A DNA stretch of 64,000 nucleotides, taken from positions 3,744,001 to 3,808,000 of the forward strand of contig OY762007.1 of NCBI GenBank assembly GCA_963665115.1. The letters are read 5' to 3'. Below, piece after piece: positions 1 through 10,620 of this stretch. The DNA comes from an uncultured Rivularia sp. GTDB taxonomy: Bacteria; Cyanobacteriota; Cyanobacteriia; Cyanobacteriales; Nostocaceae. The notes below the pieces were generated by a model. That model saw only the letters and a list, made by a program, of their open reading frames with translations, was not told the origin of the DNA and made no database searches. Positions within the stretch are counted from its first letter, which is position 1. Every line of letters begins with the position of its first letter. The translations under genes were made by a program, and so were the position numbers.

Positions 1-178
1 TAATCAATTGACATTGCGATTAATTTTTAAAGACAACTGAAATAAATAAACAAAAAAATAAAGTTTTCAGATTTTCTTGTCTACAATTTTAATATGACGG
101 CAATAGATTGAGATTAAAAGCTCAATATTTTTATCATCAATAACTGCTTTATGAATTTGTAAAAACTCATAACACTTA

Positions 179-1027
179 TTGATGTTAAATTTTTTTAAAT
201 CAGAGGATGATATGAAAAAGTATTTTGGATTGAGTCAAAGTTTTTTGATGTTAACAGCATCATGCATCGCTGGTTATGTATTCTCAGCTTCTCCAAGTAG
301 GGCTGCGACATTTTCTTCATCTGAAACATCTTTGGTATTTACAGATTTTAGTCATAGTGCTTCAGATGCTTTCACCAAAACAATTGTTGACTCGATATCA
401 ACTTCTCAAGAAGGTAAAGTAGAAGCGATAAGTGATGCGACAGCATTTATCGAAACCAATTTTCCGGTGGCAATAAATTCTTCTTTCAGTCTTGCTAACG
501 GGGAAAGCAAAAACTATATGGGTTTGGCAAGCAGTAACTCTGAAATTAGAGGCATCTTTAATATTGAGGAAAATACTCTTTTCTCTTTTAATTTCATTGC
601 CAATTTAACTTTGAGTACATCAATCGATAGCTATCCCGACGAAAATGCTCAAGCTAGTGGAGAAGTATCCTTTGCACTTTTTGATGTAAATAGAAATAAA
701 AAATTAGATTTTTTCAATGCAAGTAGCGGTTTAACAACAAAAAGCGATAACGATTTTGTAAATTACAATAAACAGGGTGATATCACCTTGAACAATCCAT
801 TTGCTATTTCAAATTTTGGTGATTGGGAAGAATCTGCTCAAATTTCAGTTGCGGGTTTTTATGAACGTAATTTTGAGACTAAAACAACTTTAGCTTTAGT
901 TGCATTTACTAAGAATCAAGTTAAAGTTTCAGCACCCGAGCCTACAAATGGAGTAGCCTTATTGTTTTTAAGTAGTGCAATTATTGTCAGTATCAAATCC
1001 AAACGACGAAATAAAAGGTGGGTATAG
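179..1027 (+). CDS. PEP-CTERM sorting-domain surface protein (true start probably MKKYF at 212)
   Basis: N-terminal signal peptide ending ...ASPSRA-A. C-terminus APEPT, then a hydrophobic helix and a basic tail (KSKRRNKR). Ser/Thr/Asn-rich body. Confidence 0.8.
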   Translation: MMLNFFKSEDDMKKYFGLSQSFLMLTASCIAGYVFSASPSRAATFSSSETSLVFTDFSHSASDAFTKTIVDSISTSQEGKVEAISDATAFIETNFPVAINSSFSLANGESKNYMGLASSNSEIRGIFNIEENTLFSFNFIANLTLSTSIDSYPDENAQASGEVSFALFDVNRNKKLDFFNASSGLTTKSDNDFVNYNKQGDITLNNPFAISNFGDWEESAQISVAGFYERNFETKTTLALVAFTKNQVKVSAPEPTNGVALLFLSSAIIVSIKSKRRNKRWV

Positions 1028-1091
1028 CCTTACTTTTTCTTAGCTTCTAAAGTTATATGGCTGAGTCGAACAGAAATCAAAACTGATTTAT

Positions 1092-2441
1092 TTAAGTGGA
1101 AGAAGCCAGTAAATTGTATTTTAATAATACATCGGCTGCCTGTTTAATTTCATCAAAAGCTATCCCCGATCTTTTGGCAATATCTAGCAAAGTATAATCG
1201 CCATCAGATAAATTCAAAACCCACAAGATTGCCATTCGACTTAGCCTTCTATTTTGAGAACCAGTATCTGCTTCATACAAGCCTCTTTTTCCTAATTGTG
1301 GCTCGCATTTAGGATTTTTATTGTAATAGGTTTGGTTATTTTCGAGAATATTAACTATGGTAATACATTTAGAAAATGATTCTGCAAGATATTGGGGTTG
1401 AACAAAAGTTAAATCATCTGCTGAAGTATGATATTCAGGAAAAGAATTATGTGGCGATCGCATTAAGCAACCGACAGGTAAATTAAATCCTGGGGAGCAA
1501 TATTGACGTTCATCATAGCCATAGGGAAAGAAGTCAATAACTTTATCGTCTTCGGCGCTATTACTGAGAACATAGGTAATAATATTATCGATTTCGGCAT
1601 CACCACGACGGCTTTTTTTATAGGTAAAATTACCATTATCTCCTAAACAAGTTAACACTAAGGCATGTTTGATTTGAGAAACGTTTTCTTCGTTTAGTGC
1701 CAGCCAAGTAATTGAACCAATGGTTCCAGGGATAAAGATAAATCTGTAAGAATAGTGTGGTGTAAATTGACTGAGATGTTTTGCTAAAAATACAGCAATT
1801 GAGATGCCAGAAAGATTATCATTGCAAAGTGAAGGATGACAAGCATGGCAAGAAATTAATACCTCTTCTGTAGTTTTTCCTGGTATAAAATATTCCCCAT
1901 AGCTAAGATGACCGGGTTCGAGAGAGGAATCAATATAAACTTCATATTCCTCATCTTGCAATTGCAAATATTGGTTGTGACTTAAGCAAAATCCCCAGAT
2001 TTCTTGATAATAGGAAGTCCGATAGGGAATCCACTCAGGAGATTCTGGAATTGTAAATAAGTGTTCTTTAAGTTCGGGAAGAGAAACTTTTTTATGAACG
2101 GGAATGCTGTAATTTATAACGTGTAAATTTGAATTAGCAAAATCTACAATTTTCTCACCTTGAGAATTTTTAATGTAAGCATCTTTAATATTCCATTCTT
2201 TAGGAACAGTCCAATCAAATACTTGAGTCCCTGTAGAAACTTCATGGACTTTTATGGGAATATGTTGTTGAATAATTCTTAATGTTTCTCTAAAGCCATT
2301 ACCCGTAATACTGCGACAAATCGGATATAGATCGCAGATTAACTGGTAGAGTTTTTCACCTATTTCTGAATTGCTATTTTGTAAATTGGGTAGAGTTTGT
2401 AGCTGCATATTTATGTATGTATTAATGAATGTGTTTAACAA
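1092..2441 (-). CDS. DUF4910 / M28 aminopeptidase-like protein with C-terminal winged helix, polysaccharide-biosynthesis associated
   Basis: Motifs LYPICRSITGNGFRETL, VFDWTVPKEWNI, HACHPSLCNDNLSG, GYDERQYCSPGFNLP, EPQLGKRGLY. Likely start at MQLQ (2408). Confidence 0.85.
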   Translation of the reverse strand: MLNTFINTYINMQLQTLPNLQNSNSEIGEKLYQLICDLYPICRSITGNGFRETLRIIQQHIPIKVHEVSTGTQVFDWTVPKEWNIKDAYIKNSQGEKIVDFANSNLHVINYSIPVHKKVSLPELKEHLFTIPESPEWIPYRTSYYQEIWGFCLSHNQYLQLQDEEYEVYIDSSLEPGHLSYGEYFIPGKTTEEVLISCHACHPSLCNDNLSGISIAVFLAKHLSQFTPHYSYRFIFIPGTIGSITWLALNEENVSQIKHALVLTCLGDNGNFTYKKSRRGDAEIDNIITYVLSNSAEDDKVIDFFPYGYDERQYCSPGFNLPVGCLMRSPHNSFPEYHTSADDLTFVQPQYLAESFSKCITIVNILENNQTYYNKNPKCEPQLGKRGLYEADTGSQNRRLSRMAILWVLNLSDGDYTLLDIAKRSGIAFDEIKQAADVLLKYNLLASST

Positions 2442-3777
2442 TATTTCCTAAACACGGGTTTCACCGGACGACCAATTAAATAATTTTCTATTCCATTTTC
2501 TAAGGCTTTTCGATAAACTTGCAAAGATTCATCAACTGCTGCGATGGTACTGTCAATATCTCGATCGCTATGAGAAAAACTGACTACAAGAGAAGGCATA
2601 ATTAACCCTCGTTTGATGGTTTCTTGCAGAAATAAAGTTCTAAATGCCTGAGATGCTTGTTTATTTAGATCGCGGGTTGCATAAACTAAATTACAAGGTT
2701 TGCCAACAACTTGAAAGTAATCTTGAAGTTGATGAGTGGCGATCGCCCGATTAATTCCTTTGCGTAATCTTTCCCCTTTTTGGTAAAGCTGCTCTATTAC
2801 GTCTTCTTGTCGAAAAACTTTCATGGTAGCAATCGCAGCAGCTAAAGCATGATTTTCGGCTCCGTGGGTACTAGAAAGCAGAAATACCCGCTCTTTGTCG
2901 TGGTAAATTCCGCCTAACTCCATAATTTCTCGTTTACCAACAAGCGCAGAAACAGCGAAACCATTTCCCATGCCTTTACCAAATGTTGATAAGTCGGGAA
3001 CAATACCATAATAATTTTGAGCGTTACCAGCTAACCAACGAAATCCTGTAATCATCTCATCCAAAATGAAAACAGCTCCATTTTCTTGACAGAGTTTTTG
3101 TACCTGATGCAGAAAATTGTCAGAGGGATCTTCATATTTAGCTGGTTCTAAAATTAGACAAGCAATCTTCCCTGGATAATTAGCAAAGACAGTTTTAACA
3201 CTTTCAATATCATTAAAATTGAATTTGACTGTCAAATCTTGAATAACTTGGGGAATGCCAGCAGATATGGGCGTGCTGCCAATGTACCAGTCATTGTAAG
3301 AAAAGAAAGGATGATTTCCACAAACCGCAACCATATCTCGTTTCGTGTAAGCCCTTGCCAGTGTAATTGCTGCGGTAGTAGTAGTTGAACCATCCTTAGC
3401 AAATTTGACCATTTCTGCGCCGGGAATCCAGCTAAGCAGAGCCTCGGCACATTCCATTTCAATAGTAGCTGGGCGGGTAAAATTATTGCCAAGCAGCATT
3501 TGTTGATAAGCTGCTTCCACCACAGGTGGATAAGCGTGTCCCCTAAAGTGACAGCGCGTAGCCCCATTCCGTATTCAATAAATTCATTATCATCGACATC
3601 CCATGCATGACATCCTTTACCTCTGACAATAAAGCCAGGTGAGGAAACTGGAAATTGATCGTCACCTTTGGCATAAGTATGGCAACCACCAGGAATCAAA
3701 GAATGGCTTTTTTGTTGTAAATCCTTCGATTGTTTAAAAGACTGTTTATTTGAAGTATTAAAGTTGGCTAAAGTCAT
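2435..3777 (-). CDS. Class III PLP aminotransferase (glutamate-1-semialdehyde aminomutase-like, sugar-cluster type), split by a frameshift at ~3540-3543
   Basis: ORF 3232..3777 gives IPGGCHTYAKGDDQFP...GMGLRAVTLG. ORF 2435..3523 gives DEMITGFR and PDLSTFGKGMGNG (PLP lysine). Removing 2 nt in the G4 run restores LGHAYPPVVEAA, about 446 aa. Confidence 0.85.
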
Positions 3778-3898
3778 ATTTATTCTGCCTATAATAAAGT
3801 TTGTAATTTTATCAATGATTTTTTTTCATAAAATGGGGCGTTGCGTTCCGTTAAAATTACACTTTATAACTAAAACATTTACCTATCTCCCATATATA

Positions 3899-4585
3899 TT
3901 AAAAAACTATTTTTCGACAATGAAATGCTTCGGAATAGTTACTTGGTGAATTAGATTCAATTCCTCGAATTCTTAAAATTGAACGAAAAGTTTCTTCTGT
4001 GAACCACTGTTTGTTCTTCTGTGTTGTAAAAGCATCCATCAAGTATTTTATTTTTCGACGACAGAGTGCTTCATCTAAATGTACAAAGAAGTTGGGAATT
4101 CCTAAATCCCCATCATATTTGGGAATTTCATATTCTAAAATCAAATGATTTCTAAAAGTGTTCCAGGTGAAGTCAGAAATTAAACGATGGTCTTGATGTC
4201 TGTCTTGTCGGTAATGAGTAAAAATCAAATCGGGCGAAAATTCTTGTTTTAATTCTTCAAAGCATTCTTTCACTTCTTTACCTTGGAAAGATAGGAAGCC
4301 ATCTTGAAAATTTTTAATTACTACTTTCTTTTGCGATACTTCCTTTAAAAAGGTATTGCTACTTACCCTAGCCTCAAGCGCTCTTTGCTCGTTGGAACTA
4401 AAAACTACCCAAGAAATAGTAATATTACTATAGTTTTCAATCAGTTTTAAAACTGTACCACCACAGCCAATTTCAATGTCATCGCAGTGGGCACCCAAAC
4501 AAAGAATTTTTAGTTCGGATTTTTCAGATTTATTAAAATCAATTTTGATCATAAACAAGATATTATTAAGAAAACATTTGGACAA
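3899..4585 (-). CDS. PIG-L/LmbE family N-acetyl sugar deacetylase
   Basis: Metal-binding motifs AHCDDIEIGCGGT and HQDH. Confidence 0.85.
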   Translation of the reverse strand: MSKCFLNNILFMIKIDFNKSEKSELKILCLGAHCDDIEIGCGGTVLKLIENYSNITISWVVFSSNEQRALEARVSSNTFLKEVSQKKVVIKNFQDGFLSFQGKEVKECFEELKQEFSPDLIFTHYRQDRHQDHRLISDFTWNTFRNHLILEYEIPKYDGDLGIPNFFVHLDEALCRRKIKYLMDAFTTQKNKQWFTEETFRSILRIRGIESNSPSNYSEAFHCRKIVF

Positions 4586-4594
4586 AAAAGATTT

Positions 4595-5386
4595 TCAAGC
4601 AACCTCTAATTGCTGATTTCTCCAAACTTCCCAAGGTGTTTCTCCTTGAGCATACATATCATCTAACTGCTGCTTTTCTTTGAAAGTATCCATAACCCCA
4701 AAAAAGCCAGTATATTTGTAAGAAAATAGTTGTTGTCTGGCAATTAATCTTTGGAAAGGTTCAAGAACAAGTTCTTCTCCTTGATTAATATATTTAAAAA
4801 TCTCTTTCTTAAAGATAAAATAGCCACCATTTATCCATATATCGCGATTTTTAACATCCTGAATATCTTTAACTAAACCATCTTCATCCATATCAACTAA
4901 GTGAAAGCTTTGGCTAGGGCGCACGCATAGGAAACTAGCAATTTTATCGATTTTATGAAAATTTTCAATGTATGTTGGTAGATGTAAATCTGTCAAACCA
5001 TCGCTATAGTTAGCTAAAAATACATCTTCGCCTTCTAAATATTTTTCAACTGCTTTAAATCTTTCACCAATATTAGCAGTTAAACCTGTATCGACAAAAG
5101 TAATATTCCAATCTTCAATATCGCTATTAAATAACTTAATATTTCCTCCATTGGACAAAGTAAAATTGTTAGAAAGCCACTCATTATAATTCAAAAAATA
5201 ACTTTTGATTAAATCGGCTTTATAACCCAAACATAAAATAAAATCTTTATGACCGTAATGTGCATAGTATTTCATCACTTGCCATAGTATCGGTCGATAG
5301 CCAATATTTACCATTGGTTTGGGGATGCTTTCCGAATATTCTCTCATTCTTGTACCAAAACCGCCGCAAAATAAAACTACTTTCAT
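4595..5386 (-). CDS. rfbF: Glucose-1-phosphate cytidylyltransferase
   Basis: MKVVLFCGGFGTR, IPKPMVNIG, NYSDGL, WINGGYF, MDTFKEK. Confidence 0.85.
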   Translation of the reverse strand: MKVVLFCGGFGTRMREYSESIPKPMVNIGYRPILWQVMKYYAHYGHKDFILCLGYKADLIKSYFLNYNEWLSNNFTLSNGGNIKLFNSDIEDWNITFVDTGLTANIGERFKAVEKYLEGEDVFLANYSDGLTDLHLPTYIENFHKIDKIASFLCVRPSQSFHLVDMDEDGLVKDIQDVKNRDIWINGGYFIFKKEIFKYINQGEELVLEPFQRLIARQQLFSYKYTGFFGVMDTFKEKQQLDDMYAQGETPWEVWRNQQLEVA

Positions 5387-5563
5387 ATTTGTTACCTGTT
5401 GATTTAAATACGTTTGATTTGAGCGATAACTTAATAGAACTAATTATTAGTAGATACTAAGTAGGTTGGGATTAAAAATAGTAATTTGGAATAGGGAATA
5501 GAAAATGTACTAAGTCTTTTAAGCGCACGCTACACGAACAAAATTTCAATAGTAATTATATGT

Positions 5564-5666
5564 TAAGCTGTTACGCATTTAATTTGTATTTGACTAGCGG
5601 GAAAGATGCCCGCACTACAAGAATTTGATATTTTAGTTTTATACAATTCAGTTGCACATCAGCTTA
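5564..5666. mobile_element. 103-bp MITE with TAAGCTG...CAGCTTA ends and an internal REP-like hairpin
   Basis: Terminal inverted repeats. A near-identical 103-bp copy lies at 52821-52923. Confidence 0.75.
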
Positions 5667-5715
5667 TTAATAAGTATTTATCTGTTCCCTATTCTCCGTT
5701 CCCTTTTATTCAACT

Positions 5716-6957
5716 TTACGAATAAACTTTTACTTCTGGAATTGGTACAACAAATTGACCTCCCCAATCCCGGATATAAGCCATTTGTGACATAATTTCA
5801 TCTTTAAGGTTCCAAGGTAAAATTAATAGATAATCTGGCTTTGTTTCTTGAATTGTATCTGGATGAAAAATTGGAATATGAGTTCCTGGTAAATAAAGAC
5901 CTTGTTTGTGAGGGCTGCGATCTACTGTATAATCAAGAAAATCTGTACGAATACCGCAGTAGTTTAATAGGGTATTTCCTTTTCCCGGAGCGCCATAACC
6001 AACAATTGATTTCCCCTCACTTTTGACTTTAATTAGGAAATTTAGCAATTTATGTTTGGTTTCTTTTACCTGTTGCCCAAAAGAAAAATATGTTTGTAAA
6101 TCTGTAAAACCAGCAGTTTTTTCTCTAGTTTTTAGCTCTAATATTTTTTCAGTAACGGGTTGAGAATTATTTTCTGTATGGCGAGCATAAATTCTTAAGG
6201 AACCACCGTGAGTTGGTAATTCTTCAACATCGAAAATAGTTAAACCGTGATTTGCAAATACTTTTTCAACAGTTAGGTAAGAAAAGTAAGAAAAGTGTTC
6301 GTGATAAATTGTATCAAACTGGTTTTCCTCCATCAATTTCATCAAATGGGGAAATTCCATTGTAATTACTCCTTGGGGTTTAAGAATAATTTTCATCCCT
6401 TTAACAAAATCATTGAGATAGGGAGTATGAGCAAGAACATTATTACCCAGCAATAAGTCAGCACCTACTCCTTTTTCAGCTTGTTCTCTAGCTGTTTCTT
6501 CTCCGAAAAATTTAACAACGGTAGGAATACCTTTTTTAATTGCGACTTTAGCAATATTTCCTGCTGGTTCGATTCCTAATGTCGGTATATTTTTAGCAAC
6601 AAAATACTGCAATAAATAACCATCGTTACTAGCTATTTCTACTACCTGATTTCGGTTACTTAATTTGAAGCGTTCAACTGCCATCTCAACGTAGTTTTTA
6701 GCGTGTTGCAACCAGCTATCGGAATAAGAGGAAAAATAAGCATAGTCGCTAAATATATTTTCGGGAGTAATATATTCTTGTAGCTGCACTAAAAAACATT
6801 TGTGGCAAACATAAGCGTGTAATGGGTAAAACGCTTCCATTTGGTTTTTCTGTTCCGGTTTGCGATAGCTTTCACAAGGAGGAGACATCCCTAAATCTAC
6901 AAATGTATGCTGTAATTCTGTACCGCAGGATAAGCAGTTTCCTTGATGTTTTTGCAT
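5716..6957 (-). CDS. SAM-dependent NDP-hexose C-methyltransferase with N-terminal Zn-binding domain
   Basis: CLSC...CHKC, VEIASNDGYLL, FDTIYHEHFSY, THGGSLR, GYGAPGKGNTLLN. Confidence 0.88.
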   Translation of the reverse strand: MQKHQGNCLSCGTELQHTFVDLGMSPPCESYRKPEQKNQMEAFYPLHAYVCHKCFLVQLQEYITPENIFSDYAYFSSYSDSWLQHAKNYVEMAVERFKLSNRNQVVEIASNDGYLLQYFVAKNIPTLGIEPAGNIAKVAIKKGIPTVVKFFGEETAREQAEKGVGADLLLGNNVLAHTPYLNDFVKGMKIILKPQGVITMEFPHLMKLMEENQFDTIYHEHFSYFSYLTVEKVFANHGLTIFDVEELPTHGGSLRIYARHTENNSQPVTEKILELKTREKTAGFTDLQTYFSFGQQVKETKHKLLNFLIKVKSEGKSIVGYGAPGKGNTLLNYCGIRTDFLDYTVDRSPHKQGLYLPGTHIPIFHPDTIQETKPDYLLILPWNLKDEIMSQMAYIRDWGGQFVVPIPEVKVYS

Positions 6958-7036
6958 TGTTAAATTAGTTAATTAAATTTTTGAATTAAAGGAATAGGGA
7001 GTAGGAACTGAGGAGTTAGAAATTAGGAATTAAATA

Positions 7037-8933
7037 TTAAATATTAAGAGCAATCAAATTAGAGGCTATGGCTTCTCTTACAGGAAGTGCATCATCCTGA
7101 GCTAGCCTGTTAAACAATTTGTCTACCGATTGAGAAGTTCTATCTATTTTTAAAGCTGATTCAATAATGGTTAGCGTACCTGGCAAATTACCGTTCTTTA
7201 ACGGAATAAAGGCATGAGCTAAACAATAATTAAAGTTTTGAATGCGAGCTTGGGCTGTAATTTTTGCTCGTTTGTCTACAGGTAAATAGCTATGTGAAAT
7301 TTCGATGGCTTTTTGAACTTCTATTGCCATATCCCCGGAATTCCAGCTATAAGAAGTTTCGCTACTAGAATGAACCCGAAAACGAGCTAAAACATCTGGC
7401 TCGTACCACCAATCATAAAAAGCTGCAATACGTTTGTGAAGCTCCCAATCGTTAATATGAGGTATTTCGCAACTATATCCTCCCAACTGCTCGTGAGTTG
7501 TTCGACGAATTACAAGGGATGGTGTCATTACTAAACCGCAAACTCCAATATGCGATAACCAATCTTGCAAAATCCCCTTTTGTTCCTTGTACAACAAGTT
7601 TATTTCTCCCTGGATTCGGGCTTTACCGTTTTCGTTGATATATTCATAGCCAGTACAAGCTGCTCCGACACTATAGGGACAATCCTTAAGACTCTGCTGA
7701 AGTCGGGAATAAAAGCCATAGCAAACTGAGTCGTCATCATGTAAAACGTGAACCCATTCACCTCGGCTCAAGGAAATTCCTACATTCATATTGTTGGTAG
7801 AGCCGATATTCTCAGAATTGCGATAGTAGCGAACTATTCCTCCTGCTAAAGCATCGATTAATTCATGAATGGATGATGTACTGGCATTATCCATTACTAG
7901 AATTTCCATATTTGCTTCCCCAGTCCCACTGCAACAGCACGCTTGCAAGACATTCAAGTATATATTCGGTGCGGTTGTATACCGGAATTACCACAGTCCA
8001 GAAAGGTTGCGGTTTCTCTGGCTCCCTCAGAGGTGGAATTGCCCGAAACTGATAATTTCCAATTTTTACTTTATCTTGAGGAATCGAAGGAGTTATCTGG
8101 ATGGAACAACTTTGATGAGTTTTAATAGCTTTTGCATAGTTAGGATTAAGTAAAGTTAAACCCTGACGATATATTGAAAGTGCCTCAACTAAATTGTTTT
8201 GGGCTTGATAAATTTGACCTAAGCGATTGTAAATATCCCAGTTTTCCGAATTAAGTTTTAAAGCTTGATTGTAAAATGCACAAGCTTCTGCAAATTTTTC
8301 TTGTTCCTGCAATACTATACCTAAACTGTAGTAAAACTCCCAATTACCTGGATGTAAAACTATAGCTTGCTGATAGTAAGCAATTGCGTTGTTTAAATCT
8401 CCTGCCTGCTTGCGGTTAAGACCCAACTGATGATTCAATCGAGAATATAATGGTCGTTTATCTTCTGAAAGTTGACCTTGAGCGTATAAAGCATTCCCCA
8501 AATTCACATATGCTTCCCTACAGTCTGGCTGAATTTCTAGAGCTTTTTTATAAGATGCGATCGCGTTTTCCCACTTACCCAATTTTTGTAAAGCATAACC
8601 AAGATTATTGTGCAGTGGTGCGATATTACAACCCGCAGCTAAAGCGTTTTCGTAAGCATCTACAGCTTGAGAAAATTCCTTATAGGATTGATAGCAATTT
8701 CCTAAAGTATGCCATCTAAATGCGTTTGGCTGTAATCGTACTGCTGCTTCCAGGAATTCCTTGGCATTTTGGGACTCACCTTTTTGCAGTGTTATTAAGC
8801 CTAATCCATGTAAAGCATCGGGTTGAAGGGGCACAATTTCTAATATCCGGCGATATATCTGTTCCGCTTGCTTTAACCGATTGGCAGAATAATGTTGAAC
8901 CGCTGTTTTTAAGGCTTCAGAAATGGTTGCCAT
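7037..8933 (-). CDS. TPR-repeat + GT2 glycosyltransferase, split by a +1 frameshift at ~7925-7927
   Basis: TPRs, then WTVVIPVYNR (ORF 7887..8933). GT2 motifs HVLHDDD and DWELHKR lie in ORF 7037..7957. Deleting one G gives LLQWTGEANMEI, matching paralog ILTQWTGKEEMEI; about 631 aa. Confidence 0.85.
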
Positions 8934-9033
8934 AGTTTAAATTTTTTATAGCTTAAATTTTTTATAAAAGTTAATCCCTTTTCCCTATCCAAACGAAATA
9001 CTAAATTAAAAATTAAAAATTAAAAATTAAAAA

Positions 9034-10554
9034 TTAATTTCGCATGGGTGCTTGTACTTTCAAACCTTCTGAAAGCAGTCTGGAAACTATTTCATTCCGT
9101 AAAACAGATAATTCATCTCGTTTTAGCCAAGAGAATAACTTTGTTACGGATTGTGGGGAATTCTCAATTTTGAGAGCTTCTTGTATTAAAAGAAGTGCGC
9201 CGGATAATTTACCAGCTTTTAAAGGAATTATGGCATTATTTAGACAGCAAGCAAAGTGATAATGCCTAGATTTTACAGTTATTTCATCAGATAAATATTT
9301 TTCTGAAACTTCTATGGCTCTGCGGATATCAGTTCCCCTTGAGCCTGAAAGCATAGAATCTGTTGTGATATTTTGAGAATGTTCGCGATAACAAGCCAAA
9401 ATTTCCGGTTCGTACCACCAATCATAGAAGGCTGTAACGCGCTTATAGAACTCCCAGTCGCCAGTATAATTTAATTCGGGTAAATATCCTCCCAACCGTT
9501 CGTAAGTAGAACGACGTACCACCACTGCGGGCATATTCAATGGATTTGTGATGCCAATTCGTTCTGCAAAATCTTTAATAATTCTTCGTTGTTGCTCGTA
9601 AATTTGCTGAGAAAAAATTACCTTTCCCCGCTCGTTGACGTTTTGATAGTTAGTGAAAGCTGCTCCTACAGAATCTGGAGATTGTTCTAAAGATTCTCGA
9701 AGACGGCTGTAGAAACTAGGAAGCACGTAGTCATCATCGTGAAGTAGGTGAATCCATTTTCCTTTACTAATCGCAACTGCTGTATTAAAGTTCCGATAAG
9801 CTCCTCGATTTTTGCTATTACGATAGTAGCTAATAATACCTATACCCAGTTCATCGACTAAATCCCTCAGAGAAATAGGGCTATTATCGTCAACAATAAT
9901 AATCTCCATTTCTTCTTTGCCAGTCCACTGGGTGAGTATACTTACCAAACACTCAAGTATGTAATTAACTCGTTCGTTGTTACTGTAAACGGGAAGTACA
10001 ACGCTCCAGAAGGGACGTTTACTTAATTTAGCGACTCCTGGAATTTCAGGAAACCGATAATTGCTCACAGATACTTCTCCTTGATGTTCGGGTGGAGTCA
10101 CCGAAACTGTTTTTGGAACTTCTAAGTTTGTTCTATTTTGTAAAACTTCAGCATAGTGAGGATTTATTAAACTAATGCCTTGACGATAAGCTGAAATCGC
10201 ATCTTGTAAATTACCTTGTTGTTGGTAAGCTTTTCCTAATAGCAGATGAAATTCACCATTATTAGGATTTAGCTTGATTACTTTTTGATAAAAGGCGATC
10301 GCGCTTTTTAAATCTCCCTGAGTTTGATGCAAACTAGCTAAATTATATAAAGCTTGTAGGTGTAATGGTTGTTTTTCAAGAACTTGATAATAAAGCTGTT
10401 TGGCATCTGCGAAACGATTACCTAGTTGATGTTTAACGGCAAGTTCAACAATTGCATCGGTTCCTAATCCTTGCTCCGATTCAACTTCATTCTCTTGTGC
10501 TGCGACTTGTATAGAAGTATTTAGGTTATATTCAGAAATATTTTTAGTATTCAT
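9034..10554 (-). CDS. TPR-repeat + GT2 glycosyltransferase (paralog of 7037..8933)
   Basis: N-terminal TPRs, WSVVLPVY, IIVDDNS, IHLLHDDD, GDWEFYKR. Confidence 0.88.
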   Translation of the reverse strand: MNTKNISEYNLNTSIQVAAQENEVESEQGLGTDAIVELAVKHQLGNRFADAKQLYYQVLEKQPLHLQALYNLASLHQTQGDLKSAIAFYQKVIKLNPNNGEFHLLLGKAYQQQGNLQDAISAYRQGISLINPHYAEVLQNRTNLEVPKTVSVTPPEHQGEVSVSNYRFPEIPGVAKLSKRPFWSVVLPVYSNNERVNYILECLVSILTQWTGKEEMEIIIVDDNSPISLRDLVDELGIGIISYYRNSKNRGAYRNFNTAVAISKGKWIHLLHDDDYVLPSFYSRLRESLEQSPDSVGAAFTNYQNVNERGKVIFSQQIYEQQRRIIKDFAERIGITNPLNMPAVVVRRSTYERLGGYLPELNYTGDWEFYKRVTAFYDWWYEPEILACYREHSQNITTDSMLSGSRGTDIRRAIEVSEKYLSDEITVKSRHYHFACCLNNAIIPLKAGKLSGALLLIQEALKIENSPQSVTKLFSWLKRDELSVLRNEIVSRLLSEGLKVQAPMRN

Positions 10555-10620
10555 ATTTAAGTGAAAAATTTAATAATTTAATTTATTTAGTGATATTGCT
10601 TATTCCCACTATTCCCTACT

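Noticed and set aside
2435..3777. Calling the aminotransferase hemL
   Set aside because: The sugar-cluster context and the HTYAKGDDQ N-terminus indicate the polysaccharide-associated paralog, not the tetrapyrrole enzyme.
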